Positions 1 through 15,000 of a stretch of 64,000 nt of DNA are shown in pieces (the first letter of the stretch is position 1; the number at the start of each line of letters is the position of its first letter). Source of the DNA: Macrostomum hystrix. Taxonomy: Eukaryota; Animalia; Platyhelminthes. The notes under the pieces were generated by a model. The model was not told the origin of the DNA. It was given only the letters and a program-made list of their open reading frames with translations, and searched no databases. Made by a program: the position numbers and the translations under genes. The DNA lies in the NCBI GenBank assembly GCA_950097015.1, contig CATNEN010000003.1, positions 1,488,001-1,552,000 on the forward strand. The letters are read 5' to 3'.

Positions 1-3000
1 AACCTTCAGGGACTCAGATGGTAGGAGAGAATATTCAGGGACTCAGATGGTAGGAGAGAATATCCAGGGACTCAGATGGCAGGAGAGAATCTTCAGGGAC
101 TCAGATGGTAGGAGAATCTTCCGGGACTCAGATGGTAGGAGAGAATATTCAGGGACTCAGATGGTAGGAGAGAATATTCAGGGACTCAGATGGTAGGAGA
201 GAATATTCAGGGACTCAGATGGTAGGAGAGAATATTCAGGGACTCAGATGGTAGGAGAGAACCTTCAGGGACTCAGATGGTAGGAGAGAATATTCAGGGA
301 CTCAGATGGTAGGAGAGAATATTCAGGGACTCAGATGGTAGGAGAGAACCTTCAGGGACTCAGATGGTAGGAGAGAATATTCAGGGACTCAGATGGTAGG
401 AGAATCTTCCGGGACTCAGATGGTAGGAGAGAACCTTCAGGGACTCAGATGGTAGGAGAGAATATTCAGGGACTCAGATGGTAGGAGAATCTTCCGGGAC
501 CCAGATGGTAGGAGAATCTTCCGGGACTCAGATGGTAGGAGAGAATATTCAGGGACTCAGATGGTAGGAGAGAATATTCAGGGACTCAGATGGTAGGAGA
601 GAACCTTCAGGGACTCAGATGGTAGGAGAGAACCTTCAGGGACTCAAATGATAGGAGAGAACCTTCAGGGACTCAGATGGTAGGAGAGAATATTCAGGGA
701 CTCAGATGGTAGGAGAGAATATTCAGGGACTCAGATGGTAGGAGAGAATATTCAGGGACTCAGATGGTAGGAGAGAATATCCAGGGACTCAGATGGCAGG
801 AGAGAATCTTCAGGGACTCAGATGGTAGGAGAGAATATTCAGGGACTCAGATGGTAGGAGAATATTCAGGGACTCAGATGGTAGGAGAGAACCTTCAGGG
901 ACTCAGATGGTAGGAGAATCTTCCGGGACTCAGATAGTAGGAGAGAACCTTCAGGGACTCAGATGGTAGGAGAGAATATTCAGGGACTCAGATGGTAGGA
1001 GAATCTTCCGGGACTCAGATGGTAGGAGAATCTTCCGGGACTCAGATGGTAGGAGAGAATATTCAGGGACATAGATGGTAGGAGAGAATATTCAGGGACT
1101 CAGATGGTAGGAGAGAACCTTCAGGGACTCAAATGATAGGAGAGAACCTTCAGGGACTCAGATGGTAGGAGAGAATATTCAGGGACTCAGATGGTAGGAG
1201 AGAATCTTCAGGGACTCAGATGGCAGGAGAGAATCTTCAGGGACTCAGATGGTAGGAGAATATTCAGGGACTCAGATGGTAGGAGAATCTTCCGGGACTC
1301 AGATGGTAGGAGAGAATATTCAGGGACTCAGATGGTAGGAGAGAATATTCAGGGACTCAGATGGTAGGAGAGAATATCCAGGGACTCAGATAGTAGGAGA
1401 GAATCTTCAGGGACTCAGATGGTAGGAGAGAACCTTCAGGGACTCAGATGGTAGGAGAGAATATTCAGGGACTCAGATGGTAGGAGAGAATATTCAGGGA
1501 CTCAGATGGTAGGAGAGAATATCCAGGGACTCAGATGGCAGGAGAGAATCTTCAGGGACTCAGATGGTAGGAGAATCTTCCGGGACTCAGATGGTAGGAG
1601 AGAATATTCAGGGACTCAGATGGTAGGAGAGAATATTCAGGGACTCAGATGGTAGGAGAGAATATTCAGGGACTCAGATGGTAGGAGAATATTCAGGGAC
1701 TCAGATGGTAGGAGAATCTTCCGGGACTCAGATGGTAGGAGAGAACCTTCAGGGACTCAGATGGTAGGAGAGAATATTCAGGGACTCAGATGGTAGGAGA
1801 GAATATTCAGGGACTCAGATGGTAGGAGAGAATATCCAGGGACTCAGATGGCAGGAGAGAATCTTCAGGGACTCAGATGGTAGGAGAATCTTCCGGGACT
1901 CAGATGGTAGGAGAGAACCTTCAGGGACTCAGATGGTAGGAGAGAATATTCAGGGACTCAGATGGTAGGAGAGAATATTCAGGGACTCAGATGGTAGGAG
2001 AGAACCTTCAGGGACTCAGATGGTAGGAGAGAACCTTCAGGGACTCAAATGATAGGAGAGAACCTTCAGGGACTCAGATGGTAGGAGAGAATATTCAGGG
2101 ACTCAGATGGTAGGAGAGAATATTCAGGGACTCAGATGGTAGGAGAGAATATTCAGGGACTCAGATGGTAGGAGAGAATATCCAGGGACTCAGATGGCAG
2201 GAGAGAATCTTCAGGGACTCAGATGGTAGGAGAGAATATTCAGGGACTCAGATGGTAGGAGAATATTCAGGGACTCAGATGGTAGGAGAGAACCTTCAGG
2301 GACTCAGATGGTAGGAGAATCTTCCGGGACTCAGATAGTAGGAGAGAACCTTCAGGGACTCAGATGGTAGGAGAGAATATTCAGGGACTCAGATGGTAGG
2401 AGAATCTTCCGGGACTCAGATGGTAGGAGAATCTTCCGGGACTCAGATGGTAGGAGAGAATATTCAGGGACATAGATGGTAGGAGAGAATATTCAGGGAC
2501 TCAGATGGTAGGAGAGAACCTTCAGGGACTCAAATGATAGGAGAGAACCTTCAGGGACTCAGATGGTAGGAGAGAATATTCAGGGACTCAGATGGTAGGA
2601 GAGAATCTTCAGGGACTCAGATGGCAGGAGAGAATCTTCAGGGACTCAGATGGTAGGAGAATATTCAGGGACTCAGATGGTAGGAGAATCTTCCGGGACT
2701 CAGATGGTAGGAGAGAATATTCAGGGACTCAGATGGTAGGAGAGAATATTCAGGGACTCAGATGGTAGGAGAGAATATCCAGGGACTCAGATAGTAGGAG
2801 AGAATCTTCAGGGACTCAGATGGTAGGAGAGAACCTTCAGGGACTCAGATGGTAGGAGAGAATATTCAGGGACTCAGATGGTAGGAGAGAATATTCAGGG
2901 ACTCAGATGGTAGGAGAGAATATCCAGGGACTCAGATGGCAGGAGAGAATCTTCAGGGACTCAGATGGTAGGAGAATCTTCCGGGACTCAGATGGTAGGA

Positions 3001-6000
3001 GAGAATATTCAGGGACTCAGATGGTAGGAGAGAATATTCAGGGACTCAGATGGTAGGAGAGAATATTCAGGGACTCAGATGGTAGGAGAATATTCAGGGA
3101 CTCAGATGGTAGGAGAATCTTCCGGGACTCAGATGGTAGGAGAGAACCTTCAGGGACTCAGATGGTAGGAGAGAATATTCAGGGACTCAGATGGTAGGAG
3201 AGAATATTCAGGGACTCAGATGGTAGGAGAGAATATCCAGGGACTCAGATGGCAGGAGAGAATCTTCAGGGACTCAGATGGTAGGAGAATCTTCCGGGAC
3301 TCAGATGGTAGGAGAGAACCTTCAGGGACTCAGATGGTAGGAGAGAATATTCAGGGACTCAGATGGTAGGAGAGAACCTTCAGGGACTCAGATGGTAGGA
3401 GAGAATCTTCAGGGACTCAAATGATAGGAGAGAACCTTCAGGGACTCAGATGGTAGGAGAGAATATTCAGGGACTCAGATGGTAGGAGAGAATATTCAGG
3501 GACTCAGATGGTAGGAGAGAATATCCAGGGACTCAGATGGCAGGAGAGAATCTTCAGGGACTCAGATGGTAGGAGAATCTTCCGGGACTCAGATGGTAGG
3601 AGAGAATATTCAGGGACTCAGATGGTAGGAGAGAATATTCAGGGACTCAGATGGTAGGAGAGAATCTTCAGGGACTCAGATGGTAGGAGAATATTCAGGG
3701 GCTCAGATGGTAGGAGAATCTTCCGGGACTCAGATGGTAGGAGAGAATATTCAGGGACATAGATGGTAGGAGAGAATATCCAGGGACTCAGATGGTAGGA
3801 GAGAACCTTCAGGGACTCAGATGGTAGGAGAATCTTCCGGGACTCAGATGGTAGGAGAGAACCTTCAGGGACTCAGATGGTAGGAGAGAATATTCAGGGA
3901 CTCAGATGGTAGGAGAGAATATTCAGGGACTCAGATGGTAGGAGAGAATCTTCAGGGACTCAGATGGCAGGAGAGAATCTTCAGGGACTCATATGGTAGG
4001 AGAATCTTCCGGGACTCAGATGGTAGGAGAGAATATTCAGGGACTCAGATGGTAGGAGAGAATATGCAGGGACTCAGATGGTAGGAGATAATATTCAGGG
4101 ACTCAGATGGTAGGAGAGAACCTTCAGGGACTCAGATGGTAGGAGAGAATATTCAGGGACTCAGATGGTAGGAGAGAATATTCAGGGACTCACATGGTAG
4201 GAGAGAACCTTCAGGGACTCAGATGGTAGGAGAATCTTCCGGGACTCAGATGGTAGGAGAATCTTCCGGGACTCAGATGGTAGGAGAGAATATTCAGGGA
4301 CATAGATGGTAGGAGAGAATATTCAGGGACTCAGATGCTAGGAGAGAACCTTCAGGGACTCAAATGATAGGAGAGAACCTTCAGGGACTCAGATGGTAGG
4401 AGAGAATATTCAGGGACTCAGATGGTAGGAGAGAATCTTCAGGGACTCAAATGATAGGAGAGAACCTTCAGGGACTCAGATGGTAGGAGAGAATCTTCAG
4501 GGACTCAAATGATAGGAGAGAACCTTCAGGGACTCAGATGGTAGGAGAGAATATTCAGGGACTCAGATGGTAGGAGAGAATATTCAGGGACTCAGATGGT
4601 AGGAGAGAATATCCAGGGACTCAGATGGCAGGAGAGAATCTTCAGGGACTCAGATGGTAGGAGAATCTTCCGGGACTCAGATGGTAGGAGAGAATATTCA
4701 GGGACTCAGATGGTAGGAGAGAACCTTCAGGGACTCAGATGGTAGGAGAGAATCTTCAGGGACTCAAATGATAGGAGAGAACCTTCAGGGACTCAGATGG
4801 TAGGAGAGAATATTCAGGGACTCAGATGGTAGGAGAGAATATTCAGGGACTCAGATGGTAGGAGAGAATATCCAGGGACTCAGATGGCAGGAGAGAATCT
4901 TCAGGGACTCAGATGGTAGGAGAATCTTCCGGGACTCAGATGGTAGGAGAGAATATTCAGGGACTCAGATGGTAGGAGAGAACCTTCAGGGACTCAGATG
5001 GCAGGAGAGAATCTTCAGGGACTCAGATGGTAGGAGAATCTTCCGGGACTCAGATGGTAGGAGAGAATATTCAGGGACTCAGATGGTAGGAGAGAATATT
5101 CAGGGACTCAGATGGTAGGAGAGAATATTCAGGGACTCAGATGGTAGGAGAGAATATTCAGGGACTCAGATGGTAGGAGAGAACCTTCAGGGACTCAGAT
5201 GGTAGGAGAGAATATTCAGGGACTCAGATGGTAGGAGAGAATATTCAGGGACTCAGATGGTAGGAGAGAACCTTCAGGGACTCAGATGGTAGGAGAGAAT
5301 ATTCAGGGACTCAGATGGTAGGAGAATCTTCCGGGACTCAGATGGTAGGAGAGAACCTTCAGGGACTCAGATGGTAGGAGAGAATATTCAGGGACTCAGA
5401 TGGTAGGAGAATCTTCCGGGACCCAGATGGTAGGAGAATCTTCCGGGACTCAGATGGTAGGAGAGAATATTCAGGGACTCAGATGGTAGGAGAGAATATT
5501 CAGGGACTCAGATGGTAGGAGAGAACCTTCAGGGACTCAGATGGTAGGAGAGAACCTTCAGGGACTCAAATGATAGGAGAGAACCTTCAGGGACTCAGAT
5601 GGTAGGAGAGAATATTCAGGGACTCAGATGGTAGGAGAGAATATTCAGGGACTCAGATGGTAGGAGAGAATATTCAGGGACTCAGATGGTAGGAGAGAAT
5701 ATCCAGGGACTCAGATGGCAGGAGAGAATCTTCAGGGACTCAGATGGTAGGAGAATCTTCCGGGACTCAGATGGTAGGAGAGAATATTCAGGGACTCAGA
5801 TGGTAGGAGAGAATATTCAGGGACTCAGATGGTAGGAGAGAATCTTCAGGGACTCAGATGGTAGGAGAATATTCAGGGACTCAGATGGTAGGAGAATCTT
5901 CCGGGACTCAGATGGTAGGAGAGAATATTCAGGGACATAGATGGTAGGAGAGAATATCCAGGGACTCAGATGGTAGGAGAGAACCTTCAGGGACTCAGAT

Positions 6001-9000
6001 GGTAGGAGAATCTTCCGGGACTCAGATGGAAGGAGAGAACCTTCAGGGACTCAGATGGTAGGAGAGAATATTCAGGGACTCAGATGGTAGGAGAGAATAT
6101 TCAGGGACTCAGATGGTAGGAGAGAATATCCAGGGACTCAGATGGCAGGAGAGAATCTTCAGGGACTCAGATGGTAGGAGAATCTTCCGGGACTCAGATG
6201 GTAGGAGAGAATATTCAGGGACTCAGATGGTAGGAGAGAATATTCAGGGACTCAGATGGTAGGAGAGAATATTCAGGGACTCAGATGGTAGGAGAGAACC
6301 TTCAGGGACTCAGATGGTAGGAGAGAATATTCAGGGACTCAGATGGTAGGAGAGAATATTCAGGGACTCAGATGGTAGGAGAGAACCTTCAGGGACTCAG
6401 ATGGTAGGAGAATCTTCCGGGACTCAGATGGTAGGAGAGAACCTTCAGGGACTCAGATGGTAGGAGAGAATATTCAGGGACTCAGATGGTAGGAGAATCT
6501 TCCGGGACTCAGATGGTAGGAGAGAATATTCAGGGACATAGATGGTAGGAGAGAATATTCAGGGACTCAGATGGTAGGAGAGAACCTTCAGGGACTCAAA
6601 TGATAGGAGAGAACCTTCAGGGACTCAGATGGTAGGAGAGAATATTCAGGGACTCAGATGGTAGGAGAGAATCTTCAGGGACTCAGATGGCAGGAGAGAA
6701 TCTTCAGGGACTCAGATGGTAGGAGAATATTCAGGGACTCAGATGGTAGGAGAATCTTCCGGGACTCAGATGGTAGGAGAGAATATTCAGGGACTCAGAT
6801 GGTAGGAGAGAATATTCAGGGACTCAGATGGTAGGAGAGAATATCCAGGGACTCAGATAGTAGGAGAGAATCTTCAGGGACTCAGATGGTAGGAGAGAAC
6901 CTTCAGGGACTCAGATGGTAGGAGAGAATATTCAGGGACTCAGATGGTAGGAGAGAATATTCAGGGACTCAGATGGTAGGAGAGAATATCCAGGGACTCA
7001 GATGGCAGGAGAGAATCTTCAGGGACTCAGATGGTAGGAGAATCTTCCGGGACTCAGATGGTAGGAGAGAATATTCAGGGACTCAGATGGTAGGAGAGAA
7101 TATTCAGGGACTCAGATGGTAGGAGAGAATATTCAGGGACTCAGATGGTAGGAGAGAATATTCAGGGACTCAGATGGTAGGAGAATATTCAGGGACTCAG
7201 ATGGTAGGAGAATCTTCCGGGACTCAGATGGTAGGAGAGAACCTTCAGGGACTCAGATGGTAGGAGAGAATATTCAGGGACTCAGATGGTAGGAGAGAAT
7301 ATTCAGGGACTCAGATGGTAGGAGAGAACCTTCAGGGACTCAGATGGTAGGAGAATCTTCCGGGACTCAGATGGTAGGAGAGAACCTTCAGGGACTCAGA
7401 TGGTAGGAGAGAATATTCAGGGACTCAGATGGTAGGAGAATCTTCAGGGACTCAGATGGTAGGAGAATCTTCCGGGACTCAGATGGTAGGAGAGAATATT
7501 CAGGGACATAGATGGTAGGAGAGAATATTCAGGGACTCAGATGGTAGGAGAGAACCTTCAGGGACTCAAATGATAGGAGAGAACCTTCAGGGACTCAGAT
7601 GGTAGGAGAGAATATTCAGGGACTCAGATGGTAGGAGAGAATCTTCAGGGACTCAGATGGCAGGAGAGAATCTTCAGGGACTCAGATGGTAGGAGAATAT
7701 TCAGGGACTCAGATGGTAGGAGAATCTTCCGGGACTCAGATGGTAGGAGAGAATATTCAGGGACTCAGATGGTAGGAGAGAATATTCAGGGACTCAGATG
7801 GTAGGAGAGAATATCCAGGGACTCAGATAGTAGGAGAGAATCTTCAGGGACTCAGATGGTAGGAGAGAACCTTCAGGGACTCAGATGTTAGGAGAGAATC
7901 TTCAGGGACTCAGATGGTAGGAGAGAATATTCAGGGACTCAGATGGTAGGAGAGAATATCCAGGGACTCAGATGGCAGGAGAGAATCTTCAGGGACTCAG
8001 ATGGTAGGAGAATCTTCCGGGACTCAGATGGTAGGAGAGAATATTCAGGGACTCAGATGGTAGGAGAGAATATTCAGGGACTCAGATGGTAGGAGAGAAT
8101 ATTCAGGGACTCAGATGGTAGGAGAATATTCAGGTACTCAGATGGTAGGAGAATCTTCCGGGACTCAGATGGTAGGAGAGAACCTTCAGGGACTCAGATG
8201 GTAGGAGAGAATATTCAGGGACTCAGATGGTAGGAGAGAATATTCAGGGACTCAGATGGTAGGAGAGAATATCCAGGGACTCAGATGGCAGGAGAGAATC
8301 TTCAGGGACTCAGATGGTAGGAGAATCTTCCGGGACTCAGATGGTAGGAGAGAATATTCAGGGACTAAGATGGTAGGAGAGAATATTCAGGGACTCAGAT
8401 GGTAGGAGAGAACCTTCAGGGACTCAGATGGTAGGAGAGAATCTTCAGGGACTCAAATGATAGGAGAGAACCTTCAGGGACTCAGATGGTAGGAGAGAAC
8501 CTTCAGGGACTCAGATGGTAGGAGAGAATATTCAGGGACTCAGATGGTAGGAGAGAATATCCAGGGACTCAGATGGCAGGAGAGAATCTTCAGGGACTCA
8601 GATGGTAGGAGAATCTTCCGGGACTCAGATGGTAGGAGAGAATATTCAGGGACTCAGATGGTAGGAGAGAATATTCAGGGACTCAGATGGTAGGAGAGAA
8701 TCTTCAGGGACTCAGATGGTAGGAGAATATTCAGGGGCTCAGATGGTAGGAGAATCTTCCGGGACTCAGATGGTAGGAGAGAATATTCAGGGACATAGAT
8801 GGTAGGAGAGAATATCCAGGGACTCAGATGGTAGGAGAGAACCTTCAGGGACTCAGATGGTAGGAGAATCTTCCGGGACTCAGATGGTAGGAGAGAACCT
8901 TCAGGGACTCAGATGGTAGGAGAGAATATTCAGGGACTCAGATGGTAGGAGAGAATATTCAGGGACTCAGATGGTAGGAGAGAATATCCAGGGACTCAGA

Positions 9001-12000
9001 TGGCAGGAGAGAATCTTCAGGGACTCATATGGTAGGAGAATCTTCCGGGACTCAGATGGTAGGAGAGAATATTCAGGGACTCAGATGGTAGGAGAGAATA
9101 TTCAGGGACTCAAATGATAGGAGAGAACCTTCAGGGACTCAGATGGTAGGAGAGAATCTTCAGGGACTCAAATGATAGGAGAGAACCTTCAGGGACTCAG
9201 ATGGTAGGAGAGAATATTCAGGGACTCAGATGGTAGGAGAGAATATTCAGGGACTCAGATGGTAGGAGAGAATATCCAGGGACTCAGATGGCAGGAGAGA
9301 ATCTTCAGGGACTCAGATGGTAGGAGAATCTTCCGGGACTCAGATGGTAGGAGAGAATATTCAGGGACTCAGATGGTAGGAGAGAACCTTCAGGGACTCA
9401 GATGGTAGGAGAGAATCTTCAGGGACTCAAATGATAGGAGAGAACCTTCAGGGACTCAGATGGTAGGAGAGAATATTCAGGGACTCAGATGGTAGGAGAG
9501 AATATTCAGGGACTCAGATGGTAGGAGAGAATATCCAGGGACTCAGATGGCAGGAGAGAATCTTCAGGGACTCAGATGGTAGGAGAATCTTCCGGGACTC
9601 AGATGGTAGGAGAGAATATTCAGGGACTCAGATGGTAGGAGAGAATATTCAGGGACTCAGATGGTAGGAGAGAACCTTCAGGGACTCAGATGGTAGGAGA
9701 ATCTTCCGGGACTCAGATAGTAGGAGAGAACCTTCAGGGACTCAGATGGTAGGAGAGAATATTCAGGGACTCAGATGGTAGGAGAATCTTCCGGGACTCA
9801 GATGGTAGGAGAATCTTCCGGGACTCAGATGGTAGGAGAGAATATTCAGGGACATAGATGGTAGGAGAGAATATTCAGGGACTCAGATGGTAGGAGAGAA
9901 TATTCAGGGACTCAGATGGTAGGAGAGAATATCCAGGGACTCAGATGGCAGGAGAGAATCTTCAGGGACTCAGATGGTAGGAGAATCTTCCGGGACTCAG
10001 ATGGTAGGAGAGAATATTCAGGGACTCAGATGGTAGGAGAGAACCTTCAGGGACTCAGATGGTAGGAGAGAATCTTCAGGGACTCAAATGATAGGAGAGA
10101 ACCTTCAGGGACTCAGATGGTAGGAGAGAATATTCAGGGACTCAGATGGTAGGAGAGAATATTCAGGGACTCAGATGGTAGGAGAGAATATCCAGGGACT
10201 CAGATGGCAGGAGAGAATCTTCAGGGACTCAGATGGTAGGAGAATATTCAGGGACTCAGATGGTAGGAGAATCTTCCGGGACTCAGATGGTAGGAGAGAA
10301 TATTCAGGGACTCAGATGGTAGGAGAGAATATTCAGGGACTCAGATGGTAGGAGAGAATATCCAGGGACTCAGATAGTAGGAGAGAATCTTCAGGGACTC
10401 AGATGGTAGGAGAGAACCTTCAGGGACTCAGATGGTAGGAGAGAATATTCAGGGACTCAGATGGTAGGAGAGAATATTCAGGGACTCAGATGGTAGGAGA
10501 GAATATCCAGGGACTCAGATGGCAGGAGAGAATCTTCAGGGACTCAGATGGTAGGAGAATCTTCCGGGACTCAGATGGTAGGAGAGAATATTCAGGGACT
10601 CAGATGGTAGGAGAGAATATTCAGGGACTCAGATGGTAGGAGAGAATATTCAGGGACTCAGATGGTAGGAGAATATTCAGGGACTCAGATGGTAGGAGAA
10701 TCTTCCGGGACTCAGATGGTAGGAGAGAACCTTCAGGGACTCAGATGGTAGGAGAGAATATTCAGGGACTCAGATGGTAGGAGAGAATATTCAGGGACTC
10801 AGATGGTAGGAGAGAATATCCAGGGACTCAGATGGCAGGAGAGAATCTTCAGGGACTCAGATGGTAGGAGAATCTTCCGGGACTCAGATGGTAGGAGAGA
10901 ATATTCAGGGACTAAGATGGTAGGAGAGAATATTCAGGGACTCAGATGGTAGGAGAGAACCTTCAGGGACTCAGATGGTAGGAGAGAATCTTCAGGGACT
11001 CAAATGATAGGAGAGAACCTTCAGGGACTCAGATGGTAGGAGAGAATATTCAGGGACTCAGATGGTAGGAGAGAATATTCAGGGACTCAGATGGTAGGAG
11101 AGAATATCCAGGGACTCAGATGGCAGGAGAGAATCTTCAGGGACTCAGATGGTAGGAGAATCTTCCGGGACTCAGATGGTAGGAGAGAATATTCAGGGAC
11201 TCAGATGGTAGGAGAGAATATTCAGGGACTCAGATGGTAGGAGAGAATATCCAGGGACTCAGATGGCAGGAGAGAATCTTCAGGGACTCATATGGTAGGA
11301 GAATCTTCCGGGACTCAGATGGTAGGAGAGAATATTCAGGGACTCAGATGGTAGGAGAGAATATCCAGGGACTCAGATAGTAGGAGAGAATCTTCAGGGA
11401 CTCAGATGGTAGGAGAGAACCTTCAGGGACTCAGATGTTAGGAGAGAATCTTCAGGGACTCAGATGGTAGGAGAGAATATTCAGGGACTCAGATGGTAGG
11501 AGAGAATATCCAGGGACTCAGATGGCAGGAGAGAATCTTCAGGGACTCAGATGGTAGGAGAATCTTCCGGGACTCAGATGGTAGGAGAGAATATTCAGGG
11601 ACTCAGATGGTAGGAGAGAATATTCAGGGACTCAGATGGTAGGAGAGAATATTCAGGGACTCAGATGGTAGGAGAATATTCAGGTACTCAGATGGTAGGA
11701 GAATCTTCCGGGACTCAGATGGTAGGAGAGAACCTTCAGGGACTCAGATGGTAGGAGAGAATATTCAGGGACTCAGATGGTAGGAGAGAATATTCAGGGA
11801 CTCAGATGGTAGGAGAGAATATCCAGGGACTCAGATGGCAGGAGAGAATCTTCAGGGACTCAGATGGTAGGAGAATCTTCCGGGACTCAGATGGTAGGAG
11901 AGAATATTCAGGGACTAAGATGGTAGGAGAGAATATTCAGGGACTCAGATGGTAGGAGAGAACCTTCAGGGACTCAGATGGTAGGAGAGAATCTTCAGGG

Positions 12001-15000
12001 ACTCAAATGATAGGAGAGAACCTTCAGGGACTCAGATGGTAGGAGAGAACCTTCAGGGACTCAGATGGTAGGAGAGAATATTCAGGGACTCAGATGGTAG
12101 GAGAGAATATCCAGGGACTCAGATGGCAGGAGAGAATCTTCAGGGACTCAGATGGTAGGAGAATCTTCCGGGACTCAGATGGTAGGAGAGAATATTCAGG
12201 GACTCAGATGGTAGGAGAGAATATTCAGGGACTCAGATGGTAGGAGAGAATCTTCAGGGACTCAGATGGTAGGAGAATATTCAGGGGCTCAGATGGTAGG
12301 AGAATCTTCCGGGACTCAGATGGTAGGAGAGAATATTCAGGGACATAGATGGTAGGAGAGAATATCCAGGGACTCAGATGGTAGGAGAGAACCTTCAGGG
12401 ACTCAGATGGTAGGAGAATCTTCCGGGACTCAGATGGTAGGAGAGAACCTTCAGGGACTCAGATGGTAGGAGAGAATATTCAGGGACTCAGATGGTAGGA
12501 GAGAATATTCAGGGACTCAGATGGTAGGAGAGAATATCCAGGGACTCAGATGGCAGGAGAGAATCTTCAGGGACTCAGATGGTAGGAGAATCTTCCGGGA
12601 CTCAGATGGTAGGAGAGAATATTCAGGGACTAAGATGGTAGGAGAGAATATTCAGGGACTCAGATGGTAGGAGAGAACCTTCAGGGACTCAGATGGTAGG
12701 AGAGAATCTTCAGGGACTCAAATGATAGGAGAGAACCTTCAGGGACTCAGATGGTAGGAGAGAATATTCAGGGACTCAGATGGTAGGAGAGAATATTCAG
12801 GGACTCAGATGGTAGGAGAGAATATCCAGGGACTCAGATGGCAGGAGAGAATCTTCAGGGACTCAGATGGTAGGAGAATCTTCCGGGACTCAGATGGTAG
12901 GAGAGAATATTCAGGGACTCAGATGGTAGGAGAGAATATTCAGGGACTCAGATGGTAGGAGAGAATATCCAGGGACTCAGATGGCAGGAGAGAATCTTCA
13001 GGGACTCATATGGTAGGAGAATCTTCCGGGACTCAGATGGTAGGAGAGAATATTCAGGGACTCAGATGGTAGGAGAGAATATCCAGGGACTCAGATAGTA
13101 GGAGAGAATCTTCAGGGACTCAGATGGTAGGAGAGAACCTTCAGGGACTCAGATGTTAGGAGAGAATCTTCAGGGACTCAGATGGTAGGAGAGAATATTC
13201 AGGGACTCAGATGGTAGGAGAGAATCTTCAGGGACTCAGATGGTAGGAGAATATTCAGGGGCTCAGATGGTAGGAGAATCTTCCGGGACTCAGATGGTAG
13301 GAGAGAATCTTCAGGGACTCAGATGGTAGGAGAATATTCAGGGGCTCAGATGGTAGGAGAATCTTCCGGGACTCAGATGGTAGGAGAGAATATTCAGGGA
13401 CATAGATGGTAGGAGAGAATATCCAGGGACTCAGATGGTAGGAGAGAACCTTCAGGGACTCAGATGGTAGGAGAATCTTCCGGGACTCAGATGGTAGGAG
13501 AGAACCTTCAGGGACTCAGATGGTAGGAGAGAATATTCAGGGACTCAGATGGTAGGAGAGAATATTCAGGGACTCAGATGGTAGGAGAGAATATCCAGGG
13601 ACTCAGATGGCAGGAGAGAATCTTCAGGGACTCATATGGTAGGAGAGAACCTTCAGGGACTCAGATGGTAGGAGATAATATTCAGGGACTCAGATGGTAG
13701 GAGAGAACCTTCAGGGACTCAGATGGTAGGAGAGAATATTCAGGGACTCAGATGGTAGGAGAGAATATTCAGGGACTCAGATGGTAGGAGAGAACCTTCA
13801 GGGACTCAGATGGTAGGAGAATCTTCCGGGACTCAGATGGTAGGAGAATCTTCCGGGACTCAGATGGTAGGAGAGAATATTCAGGGACATAGATGGTAGG
13901 AGAGAATATTCAGGGACTCAAGATGCTAGGAGAGAACCTTCAGGGACTCAAATGATAGGAGAGAACCTTCAGGGACTCAGATGGTAGGAGAGAATATTCA
14001 GGGACTCAGATGGTAGGAGAGAATCTTCAGGGACTCAAATGATAGGAGAGAACCTTCAGGGACTCAGATGGTAGGAGAGAATCTTCAGGGACTCAAATGA
14101 TAGGAGAGAACCTTCAGGGACTCAGATGGTAGGAGAGAATATTCAGGGACTCAGATGGTAGGAGAGAATATTCAGGGACTCAGATGGTAGGAGAGAATAT
14201 CCAGGGACTCAGATGGCAGGAGAGAATCTTCAGGGACTCAGATGGTAGGAGAATCTTCCGGGACTCAGATGGTAGGAGAGAATATTCAGGGACTCAGATG
14301 GTAGGAGAGAACCTTCAGGGACTCAGATGGTAGGAGAGAATCTTCAGGGACTCAAATGATAGGAGAGAACCTTCAGGGACTCAGATGGTAGGAGAGAATA
14401 TTCAGGGACTCAGATGGTAGGAGAGAATATTCAGGGACTCAGATGGTAGGAGAGAATATCCAGGGACTCAGATGGCAGGAGAGAATCTTCAGGGACTCAG
14501 ATGGTAGGAGAATCTTCCGGGACTCAGATGGTAGGAGAGAATATTCAGGGACTCAGATGGTAGGAGAGAATATTCAGGGACTCAGATGGTAGGAGAGAAC
14601 CTTCAGGGACTCAGATGGTAGGAGAATCTTCCGGGACTCAGATAGTAGGAGAGAACCTTCAGGGACTCAGATGGTAGGAGAGAATATTCAGGGACTCAGA
14701 TGGTAGGAGAATCTTCCGGGACTCAGATGGTAGGAGAATCTTCCGGGACTCAGATGGTAGGAGAGAATATTCAGGGACATAGATGGTAGGAGAGAATATT
14801 CAGGGACTCAGATGGTAGGAGAGAATATTCAGGGACTCAGATGGTAGGAGAGAATATCCAGGGACTCAGATGGCAGGAGAGAATCTTCAGGGACTCAGAT
14901 GGTAGGAGAATCTTCCGGGACTCAGATGGTAGGAGAGAATATTCAGGGACTCAGATGGTAGGAGAGAACCTTCAGGGACTCAGATGGTAGGAGAGAATCT